Assembly (NCBI RefSeq): GCF_036588685.1
Contig: NC_086380.1
Span: 8,370,001-8,434,000, forward strand
Reading direction: 5' to 3'
Length of the DNA: 64,000 nt
Origin: Mytilus trossulus
Lineage: Eukaryota
Shown: positions 37,501 through 49,500 of the stretch, one piece after another
How positions within the stretch are numbered: the first letter of the stretch is position 1
Layout: each line of letters begins with the position of its first letter
Translations under genes and position numbers: made by a program
The notes under the pieces: model-generated
Told to the model about the DNA's origin: nothing
The model's database searches: none
Seen by the model: only the letters and a program-made list of their open reading frames with translations

Positions 37501-40500
37501 TTAACACGCAGCAAGACTGCATAATGAAAGATAAAACACCTGAAAAGAATATAGTATGTTTTCCCCGATTTTATAAACAATAATATTTTTTTTAATAACC
37601 TAACTAATAATAATGTTGTTTTTTTTGCATTTTTACTTTATTTTTAATGATCTAATTATATCTTACCATGCATAAAGCATTTCAATATTTGAACATGTTT
37701 TGGCTTAGTATTATTAAAAATGAAAACTGTTTTTGATCTATATCAGTATAAACTTCATGTATAATTTTAAATCACGCAAGAAGGAATAAAAAAAACCCAA
37801 AAGTATACTGCGGTTGTACACTTGCTTTTAGTTTTAAACTATTAAAAAGCTGATGCAGTATGCATATCAATGAAATACCTCTCCACAAGAGACCAAAATG
37901 ACACAGACATTAACAACTATAGGTTATCGTACGGCCTTCAGCAATAAGCAAAGTCCATACCGCATAGTCAGCTATAAAAAGCCCCTAAATGACTCAAACG
38001 AGAAAACTAACGGCCTTATTCATAGAACCAAATTATAAAACTAATTTGTATAGGTATAGGTATAATCAGTGCATAATGTTGATTTTAAACTAATATGTTA
38101 ATTACTAATATATTTTAGGAAATAAATTTGACAAGTGAAAACGTGCAGAGCTGCCAAGTATTATTGATAGAAGAAAAAGAAAACGAGGTACATATACAAA
38201 CTTACAGTTACCAATTTTTATTTTATGTTTAAAACATTTACTAGTTATTGTACCATTTATTATTTTAGACTAGACAGTAGAAACCTTTTTCTTGTGATAT
38301 AAATACATATCCAATAATTAAGGTGCATATAAATTCGTACAGTTTGGAATGAAATGTTATTTACACGACCAAAATGCAAATTTCGGTCATGCTACTGAAA
38401 GGGTCTTTTAACAATTTTGATATTTTTTTTTATGTTTTGCAAGGTTAACTACCCTTCATTTAGAATTTTATTTATAAAACAAATAGTTTATAAGATTTAT
38501 TATAATATAGAATAATTTTGTATATTTAAAATATGTCTAATCTGTTTTTTCAGGTGATACAAAATAACACAGCTTCTCCTTACTATAGTGAAATGTATAG
38601 AAAAAGATTTGGAAGACCCCCATCTTTAATAAGCTCAGAAAGTCCAAGCAAAAGAATTCATTTACAGGTATTTTGTTACAAAAAATATTAACGATACATG
38701 TACTTAAAAAAAAACACAACAGAAAATTGTTCAGTTGGTTTCAAATTACTCGTGTTAATATAAAAAAGAAGATGTGGTATGATTGCCAATGAGACAACTA
38801 TCCATAAAAGACCAAAATGACAAAAACATTAACAACTAAATCTGTCACCTTACGGCCTTTAACAATGAGCAAAGCCCATACCGCATAGTCAGCTATAAAA
38901 GCTGACGATAAGACAATGTAAAACAATTCAAATTAAGTTTTTATGTAAGCTCGATTGTTTGCATTACTTCAAAAATAGTTTATAAAGAATAATTTTTGTT
39001 TCAAGTAAAGTTTGCAAACACTTATTTATGATTCATTAAACAAACACTTTTTTGGTGTTTATTTTATTTTCTTAATTAATGCTAATGTTTTGTTCCATAA
39101 CATGTATTTAATTTATTTTTAACAGGAAATCAACGGAAACCAGTCCACATTTTTCAACACTGGTATCACTCAGTACTTTGATAGTGAACAAATGTATCCT
39201 GTAGAATTGTTCAGTAAAAACTCTCTAGACGATATAACGAGCTACATTTACTACAATGAAGGTGATATCGTTGATTATAGAACAAATCCTGCTATGAACA
39301 AAGGGACTGCGGTTTTTACTAGCGGTTTTTGGAGAAGAGGCTTAGTGATCAAAATAGACAAATGTCCTAGACGAGGCACGCTTTACACTGTAAAAGATGA
39401 TATTACAGACTTCTGTTTTCAGATAAATAGACACCAAATAAGAATCGCACAATAAAAATGTATTTTACTAGCAATGGTTTTACAAATTCATTTTTATATT
39501 CTTTTTTTATTTACTTTTGATTGCGTATTGTCCAGTTGCAAGTATTTCATGCATATTTAGAGCAAACAAACAAGTTGTCATGTTTTTACATTTGCTGTTT
39601 AAATCGACCCCAGACTGTAAATTGCGTATTGTACAGTTGCAAGTATTTCATGCTTATTCAGAGAGAAGATACAAGTTTCAATGTTTTTACAGTTGTAAAG
39701 GATAAATTACCGTTAAACTGTTGAATGCATATTGTCCAGTTGCCAGTATTTCATGCATATTCACAGAGAACATACCAGTTTCAATGTTTTAACAGTTGTA
39801 CTGGATAAATTACCGTTAAACTGTTGGTTGCGTATTGTCCAGTTACCAGTATTTCATGCATATTTAGAAAGAACATACCAGTTTCAATGTTTTAACAGTT
39901 GTACTGGATAAATTACCGTTAAACTGTTGGTTGTGTATTGTCCAGTTACCAGTATGTCATGCATATTTAGAAAGAACATACCAGTTTTAATGTTTTAACA
40001 TTTTTACGGAATAAATTAATTTTAGATTGTTGATTGCGTATTGTCCAGTTGCCAGTATTTCATGCATTTTTAGATAATTAAAGAGAAAAGTTGTATGGCG
40101 CATAGACAAAGGGACATTTTTAACCAGGTATCTGTACAGTTTAACTAAACATGTTTGCTTACAATTTTTAAGAATGAAACATAGCCGAAATTGCGCTCAT
40201 ACTTTTACCCAGTTTATACTAGTGGCTTAAAAAAGTACAAAATACTTTATTTATACTTTTCAGTAATGAAATGGTAAAATTAGTATACGTTAATGAGATA
40301 GCAATAACGAAATAATGGACACGTTTGGGGAATTGGACACGTTTGAGCGGTATTTGAAAAATTGGACACGTTTGGGAGTCTACAAAAATGACATGCTTTG
40401 GCGCCCTTTAGCATCTAAACAAATTTTGTTGTTCAGTGACGTCATGTGGACACGTTTGGGGGAATCGGACACGTTTGGGGGGAAGGACACGTTTCTGAGT

Positions 40501-43500
40501 GTTACATATATTACAAAACTTCCATCATACTTTCAAGGTTAGTGTTGCTCAGTCTTTAGTTTTTCATTTGTGTTTTGTGTACTGTTGTTTGTGTGTGTCT
40601 TTTTTTAGCCATGGTGTTGTCATTTATTTCCAATTATGACTTTGAATGACCCTTTTTTGCCTCTTTTTTAAGAATAATCAAGTTTGTACAAACTTAGTAT
40701 ATTACTTGGATCATAGAATCTCTCAATAATGTGGACGATGGTAGATTTACCTCCCCCTGATTGTAAAGTTAATTAAGTTTCTACATACCTAAGTATATTG
40801 TTCCTGCACTCGGATCATAAAATCTTTCAATCATGTTGACAATGGTAGATTTACCTCCCCCTGACGGTCCCACTAAAGCTACCATTTCTCCTGGTTCTAC
40901 TGTGAAGCATATACTCTAGAAATTAATAGTAAAATGTGAAGTATTATAGATATACAAACTCTACTGAGTCAAGGCTGCCTGTTGAAGATCAAACTTTGAC
41001 CTACAATTATGTTGGTTTTTTGTAATGGTGACTTGAATGCAGAGTTGTCTCATACAACATCTTAGATCTTCTTATATCTATAACCTACCGTTTGTTACAA
41101 AATGTAGCCAAACAAATAGTTGGGGAAAATTTTGAGAGAGGATAAATATTGTGATCAAATGGGTAAATTGGATGAAAGTGTTTTTCTATTTATTTCAAGG
41201 AAATGGTCAAGTACAATTATCTTAAATAATAGTAATGACATGAAATTACTCACTTCATATTTGATAAAAGTGTGGTGAATCAAAATACATAGAGATTGGT
41301 CAGAACCAGTTTTAATTCATACAGAACAAAACAATGCAATGTAAAATTTAATCTGAAAGTACTATTGAAGTACTATTTTATGCGGAAGTTACATTTAAAT
41401 ATAAATCTTGTTCAAAAATTGGAATGGGTGAACTTGTATAATTGGATGATTTGGTAATATATAATTGTACCAATAAACCAATTTTTCAAGAATGGCTGAC
41501 ATTACATTTGTATTTCCTTTCCAATCATTGAAAAGATGTTGTATTCATTTAGTTCAGAAGAAAAATAAAGAACTGAAGAAGGCCAATGGCCGAAACGTCT
41601 TGAAAAATTGGTTCATTGATACAATTTTAAAAAGTATGTTCCTTATTGGAATTTTATAAAACAATGATTTGATAATGGTCCAGTACACAACTCAGTATTT
41701 GACTCTGTCAATTACAACAAATTGTCAATGTCCACATGATTATCAAAATTTCATTTTGAGAGAACATAAAAACTAACATTACTCCTGTACTTCTGCTGAA
41801 TAATCAAAAAGTATTTACCTTTAGAACCTCTGATTCTGGTCTAGAAGGATATGTAAAACAAACATTCTTGAACTGGACTCCTAAAAAACATACACATATA
41901 GATATTTTAGTAAAGTCATTTCCAAAGGCCACAGGGATATATGTCTAGTTTTACATTAAAGAAACTTGAGTGTTGGACTGGTTATCATCACTTAAAAGAA
42001 TTGCTAAAGGCAATAGACCACTTTCCAGTTCATCTGTCACTGGAAAAAACTTGTCAATTATACGTGCCTTTAAGACGTCATTTACTAAATAGGGTTCGCC
42101 TGTATCCCTGCATTATTTACGTTCATCAAGCGTCTTAGTGATCGTCATTGGGCAGGATAAACTAGAAATAATGGTTGTTCTGTAGGTATTTAATGACAAT
42201 TCCCTAATGACAGCAATGCTGATTGTCAATTTTGAGAATTCAATTTGCCTAACAATTCATACAATATAGAATTATAGTTTTCCTACCACTCGCTCAACAT
42301 TGGAATGGAAGTGACGACGCCCCTAAACGCACAAATGACGTTCACTAAAACCAGAGTTTTTGACGGAAATACATCAAACTCGAAAGTTGTCTATTGATTT
42401 ACCATCATCTATAAAGTTTGTTTCATTGATATTATGTGAAGAAAATATTAGAAATTGATCCATATCGTACATGTAAATGATCATATCAAAATGACTGTAT
42501 AATATTGTCAACTTAATATGATGGCGACCTATAAGTGTTAATTTCTGTGTCATTTGGTCTCATGTGAAGAGTTGACTCATTGGCAATTCTATTACATCCT
42601 CTTATCTTTATAAATACATTGAGTACTGTGGATTCATTTATTTATGTTATTTATATTTTAGTGGATTATTGAAAACTTGCATGTTCGTTGACATTTAATT
42701 TTGTGGTTTTGAAGAAGTGTGCATACAAGCCTTAAGAAAATTTGTTAGTCCTTGAATATTTAATTTACATTGTTCATTTGTACAATACCCACGAAATCCA
42801 TGAAAATTGGTATCCAAGGAATAAAAATGAATCCACAGTAAGTTAGAATATCAAATGACTTACGTCCAGTAAGTTGTGCTGGTACCATTCCATTCTCATT
42901 CTGGATACCAGGTGTCCTTTCTAACAAACCAAATATTCTAGTTGATGCTCCTAAAGCCTGTAAGTCAAAAGAAATGTCTATAAACCAACTGCATTACTTT
43001 ATTGTATAAATTATGCTAACTTTTTTGTAACATAAACCTTTTATTTTGTCATTAATTCTCTTGTGGTTTTTATTAACTGGTCTCTTCTGCTTACAGAGAA
43101 TGCAATATTTGAGCAAGAATCAAGTGATTTAAAAAAATGTCAACCCATATCGGTAATTTGATTAGATGATCTATTCTTAAAACAAAAGTTGATTTCCTAA
43201 AATCACAAAAGTTGATATATGTGGCAAAAATTTACTGAATAAATGGATTAGGAATAAATAACACACTCAACAGTGACTAGAAGGCTAGAGAACAGACAAT
43301 TATGAAATACTATTGAGTTCTCAATTGCATGAATTTGGTTTTTGAATCCAGAAATTGTGAAATAATTTGGGTTTTTTTAGTGTTAAGTTTTTTAAGTAAT
43401 CACTAATACACAGTTTATCTGTAGATCTGAATTAGATTTGGGGCCTTTCAAAGATCACTATACTATATTGCTTTGGCTCATTGTTGAAGGTTGTATGTTG

Positions 43501-46500
43501 ACATGCAGTTGGATAAACCCTTGTTGTCTCACTGGCAATAATTACACAACATTTTATACATGGCGTGTTTTATAATTATTTGAATACTCCACACAATATT
43601 TTAAAACTAAATATTAAGGGAGATGGATTTATATAAGTTTTTTCCTGTTTCCAAATCCCTGTATTGTATAATTATATATTTCATGCACTTTTTGAAAATA
43701 AAATACTGTTTAAAACTAAACTAACCTAAATTCTTTGTATTCCTTAAAATCTTCTCCATAATTGAAATATGCCTTTTTTCATTTATTGTCACTAAATGTC
43801 TTAAAATATCAGTCTATACAACAATACTTACCGACATGAAATCTCCATACAACGAGGACATGAGAGCAAATGCCATGGCTACTTGTAATGTGTACAAAAG
43901 AAATGCTGAAAAATAAAAGAACATCAAGTCAAAAGGTTCAATGATATTGAATACAATTGGTATCTAGAGTGAACTTCAGACTTATTTTAACTTCTATTTC
44001 TATTAATGTATGACTATATAAAACTTGAACCTGGTGATCAATCTTTTAAAATTTTAGTGAAAAAAATTGAAAACAACTTGTTATAAATTCCATGCCTTCA
44101 ATGTGCTTTTCTAGATTTTGAGTAGAGAAACTCCTTTTCATCTGAAGTACATGGAAACACACCAGGAGTTGGTGTAAGAAATACGTATTCAACTGAGAAG
44201 TAATTAGACATAGGTGTAGGAACTTCTATGTAAACAAACAAGGAGTTGAAGGAAGAAGAAATGCATAATGAACCCCTTAGTACTCAAGTGTTAGTATTAT
44301 GCTAGGTTCACACGTAATTCGAATTGGATTCGCATAAACTAATTCGAATTAGTTTAATTCGCATTCGAAACGTTTTACGTCCTAACGTCAATTCTAATTC
44401 GAATTAAAATTCGCGTCAACTTCGCTTTACTGTCCAAAAGACGTTAACTTTTAATTTGTATTAACAAAAACGTATTTCTAATGCTAATTGACTGATTAGT
44501 TAATTCAAATCAATTAAAATTCGAATTAAAAAAGAGCGTGTGAATGCGATAAGCGAATTCGAATTAAATGTCCGTGTGAACGAGGCATAAGATATACTTA
44601 TTTAACTCATTAGTACATAGGAGTAATTGTAAGTACTTACATGTTAGTACATAGGAGTAATTGTAAGAACTTACATGTTAGTACATAGGAGTAATTGTAA
44701 GTACTTACATGTTAGTACACCAGGAGTCAGTCCTGTATGTTTACCATGTGCTTCATCGTAGACCAGTTTACCGCCGTACCACAAACATAAAGCTATAGCA
44801 CCCTGGGCCAATAATCCAATCAGGCCTTGGAAACCACCTGTAACGTAACATTTGGGGATACTTTAATTTACATTTTAAACTTTCTAGTCGACTTTACGAC
44901 CATAAAATTTCACAATATCTAAATTAACTTTGTGCAGTTTGATACAGAAAGTTCTAAGTTTTACAAATTCTTGATGATTTATATTCACTTTATTTTTCTA
45001 CTTGCAAAAGTAGAGAAAAATGAGTTGGTTTACAGTAATAGGGTAATATGTTCATTAGATAATGTAAACAAGATGGTATTTTTTAAACCCACAATAATAT
45101 TAGTAAAATCGTATAAAGGAAAATATTTAAAATGAGATGCATGGCAGCATGTAAATCACCAAGATCACTTCAAAACCATGAATATTAATGATTAAGATTG
45201 GAGGTTTACATGCATCTCATTATCCTACCTGAAGCTAATGCCAGTTTCTTGCCAATGTCATAACTTTCATTAATTTCTTTTCCATAGTTGTTTACAGTTT
45301 TTGCTTCTCCAGAAAATGACCTTACTGTCCTGACACTTGACAATGTCTCCTCAGCAACGGTTCCTGCATCTCCTAACTTGTCCTGAAATTTTTTCTGCAT
45401 TTTCTGCACAAATTTTCCTGAAAGAATGAAACATATTTATATTCAATTATCATTAAATGACCAGTTTATATCAAAACCATTAGTGTTTTTTTTCTTTCGA
45501 TATTTTTTTTCTGCATAAGTCATACCGGATAATACCTGTACAAAAAATAAATTTTATCTAAAAAAACAGTTGATATCTTTAAGAGGTAGAATTATCTCCC
45601 TTAGTCATCCAGAATTATTATTTTATGTGTAACGGTAAGAAAGTTATAGGTAAACAAGTACTATATTCTTCTTTCTTCTTTTCCTTGAATTTCCATGAAT
45701 ATTTGTCACCCATTCTTTAGCTACATAAAAATACTTGTATAAGTTGTTACTTTCATCATATGTAGAATGATGAAAAGGGGGAAAGAATTACTGCAACACA
45801 AAAATCTAAAATGGATTGTTTGCAGATTATGCTTATTAGCCATGAAATAATATCCAACAAAATAACATTTTTTTATAAACAAAATAAATACTGCAGTATA
45901 TTAATTAAAGATTATAATCAATCATCTCAACAAGATTGGTTTTCTCGCTTGAGCAGGGGGGCGAAAGCAAGAAAAGGAATCATGTTGAGATGACCAATGA
46001 TAATCTGTTTATGCTATTTGACATATGATGACAATGTTAATTTCATTAGCAATGGCACATGCTGCCTTAGTTTCTAGCAATTATTTTCATATAACTCAAC
46101 GCCGCTGAGAACGAAAATGATCAGACAGTAAGATCAAGGGGAAATTTTGTGAAATAACAATAATGATAGATAAATACATTTTCTTTACACAACAAATATA
46201 AAATATAGGTCTTACCATATCTGACAGCTGATATAGAAACAAAAGGGACAACAGCTAACAATACACCGGTCAAGGCAGCATTCAGGTAAAACATAAAACC
46301 TAATGACCCAACCAACTGGAAAATATATCTCACCAACATTGATATGTTAACCTGAAAGAAAATAAAATGGAAATCTATGTCTTCACTTTATAGTATATGC
46401 ATCAAGGCTGTATTCAAATGTATGCACAAAGGCTGTATTTAAATATATGAGCTTGTATATTCTGAACACCAATTTTGAAAGTTCTTAAGATAACAATAAT

Positions 46501-49500
46501 ATATGCCCTATTCTGTACTATGCCATATATCTTTTTAAATAACTGTCTTTGCTAATCTGCCTTATAATGGCTTTCTCCATGAAACATTATAATCCTTTAC
46601 ATTTTTTTGGCATATCATATTATCTATAACATTACAGATAATGGATTAGGATATTTAAGGATTATTACAACTGTTTTACTGTACTTGACTTGAAACATTT
46701 TCAATCACACTGTAATATTCATCAGAACAACATGTGAGCTTTTTCACAAATATTTCAGAAACATTAAGCAGACCATTCGTAACTCTTCAAAGAAAGAGAA
46801 TGCTATCAAAAGACAAAACTAATGCTTTATGAAATTGTTTTTAAATTTTATGGAAATTGACATTATATATGATCAAATTCAGTGCCATACTTCACTGTAC
46901 TTACAGTAGCAGCATTCTGTAAAACTTGAGTGTCAGAGGCCAATCTGTTACACAATTCTCCTGTTCTACAATTAAATTATCAAAAATTATACCAAAGCCT
47001 TAATTATTTCTACTAAATCTATATGAAATCTATTACAACACCAAATAAGATTTGTGGTGAAGATAATATATACTGCATCAAATATGATTGAAAGGAGATG
47101 TGGGGTTCATATCCAAGTGTTTTTATTAATCTCTCCAAATCAATATAACTTTTCACTGTCGGTCTATCCTAATGATAGCCTTTTAAATATTTTGTACAAG
47201 ACATTTGAGCTACGTAGGATAGAAATCAACTTCATGCAAATGAATATCTGCCATTATCAATACATCTGTTTACTTATTTTGGGTTGAAATATTTTTAATG
47301 CAAAGTCTGCAACTTTTAAGAAATTGAAATTAAATAGGAACCCTACAATACTGATCAAACTTCATCTTTTATATTGTATTTAAATAGTCCAAAACTAATC
47401 AAAGTCTTAAACATGTACACCTATATGGGTAAACTTGCATAAGGTCAATTTCTATTTGTACAGCTCATTTGTCACTTGTTGGAGACTATGTTGCTCACAA
47501 GATATGTTTTAATTATTTTTTTCTTTTGATGTCTGCTTGCCATCCTAAATCCTTTTAGTGTTTGAACCTTTGTTCCTCAATTTCAATAATTCAGTACATT
47601 TTTTATCATTGATTAAACATTTTCTTAATTTACCATACCTCATACAGCTATTTACTTACATTACATGTACAAAATATTGAATTTTTTGAAATACTAAGGC
47701 TTTTCTGCCTCAGGCATAGATTACCTTAGCTGTATTTGGCAACACTTTTAGGAATTTTGGATCTCAATGCCCTTCAACTTCGTACTTTATTTGGCTTTTT
47801 TTTTTAAATTTTGGATTCGAGCGTCACTGATGAGTCTTTTGTAGACAAAACGCCCGTCTGGAGTATATATAACATTTAGTCCTGGTATCTATGATCAGTT
47901 TATTTACATGATTTTTACTAACCTATTCTCATCAAAGAAAGCTACTTCTTGCTCTATGATCTGTGCAAATAATTTCTTTCTCAACCTGGACACAAAACTT
48001 TGTCCAGCCAATGTAAACAACCATGATCTAAAGAAGGCGAAGATGGAGCCAACCACATATATAATCACAAGAATAATCACAAGTCGGGTAAGCTCAGCTG
48101 CAAAAAAACAAAGTAAAATAAAAACAAACAGTTGACTATGTGGTTTGGGTTTTGTGCATTGTTGAAGGCCATACAGTGACCTATAGTTGTTAATTTCTAT
48201 GTTATTTTGATCACTAGCGGAGAGTTGTCTCATTGGTAAACATACAAAATGTACCACATCTTCTTTTTTCATAGTAAATATTTCAGACAAGAATGTGTCC
48301 ATAGTACAAGGATGACCCACTTGACTATCATTTCCTAAGGTCAGAGAGCTTTAAAAATTGGCATTACAATTAGAAAGATCTTATCATTGGGAACATGTGT
48401 ACCAATATGTGTCTTTATATTCAACGAACTGAAGTGTACTATTCTAATAGTAATGCAACTTCATGCAAGACATTGTTAATGTATCACAAATAGATCTATT
48501 CAAACTACAATGTACTGTGGATTCATTTATTTTTGTGGGTACCAATTTTCGTGGTTTGAGGAAAACTTACATATTCGTGGATATTTAATTTCGTGGTTTT
48601 GGCAAAGTTTACACTCGTTCCTTTGCAAAATTTGTATTTCGTTGAACATTTGAATTCGTGGTTCTCCTGTACCCACGAAATCCACGAAAATTGGTATCCA
48701 ACAAATATTAATGAATCCACAGTAACTAAAACAGAAAATTTAACAATTTTTGGCGACAACAACAAAGATACCTATATGTCTCGTCTTCTCCTATTTTCTT
48801 TGCATTTTTTTTTTAGCTTTAAAAATTCAAGGTTGGTGAAGAAAAAATAAAGAGATGTTCTAAAAATCCAAAACTTAAATAATGTAAATTTAGATGTGTG
48901 CATTTACTATATTGTTAGCCACTTATTCCTGGTAAACATGCAAAACCTTATTAATGCAATATTTTGTGACCATTTTGTGAAGGAAAATAACTACTGAAAT
49001 TTTGAATGCCATTTTTTTTTTGTATTTTGGAACAAGTCATGTCACATTTTCCAAATTAACAAATAAATTTTCAATAGTTTCTGAATTTTAACTAGACTAG
49101 GGCAATGACATATAACTAATATAAGCCATTGACTAGGAGGGTCACTAGTACTTTAGCTATTTGTTGTGACAACTTTCATGTAAAAACACTTTTTTCTATT
49201 CAAAAATGTACACAAAAATCATAATTTCAAAAAAAAGAAGTAAACATATATTTTTTGTCTCGTGCTGAAGAAAAATCCTATGACCTCTGGTACTTACCCA
49301 TATCTGTCTGTGCAGCATCGACGACCTTACCAAAGAACAACGGTGCTGCCATCTGGCTACCACTTGATCCTACTAATGCTATAGTTCCCCCGGCTATAAA
49401 TCCCCATTCCTGTAGAAAATAAACCTTTTACATTCAATTCTATAACTTAGCCTTACATTTACGCACAGAGATTTAGTTCATAAAATATCATAACATTTGA

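Larger units (their letters stand above)
34969..40506 (+). mobile_element. Complete Ginger (Ginger2/Tdd-4-like) DNA transposon, 5538 bp, antisense in ABCB intron 12
   Basis: TGT...ACA termini, 59-bp TIRs (34969-35027, 40448-40506; 2 mismatches), 4-bp TSD TATA, internal gypsy-type integrase, no RT or LTRs. Confidence 0.92.

Noticed and set aside
48523-48850. Similar short ORFs recurring at 2896, 33634, 48523 and 50299 (FVGYQFSW...) suggesting a small gene family
   Set aside because: They are chance translations of the same TACTGT MITE.
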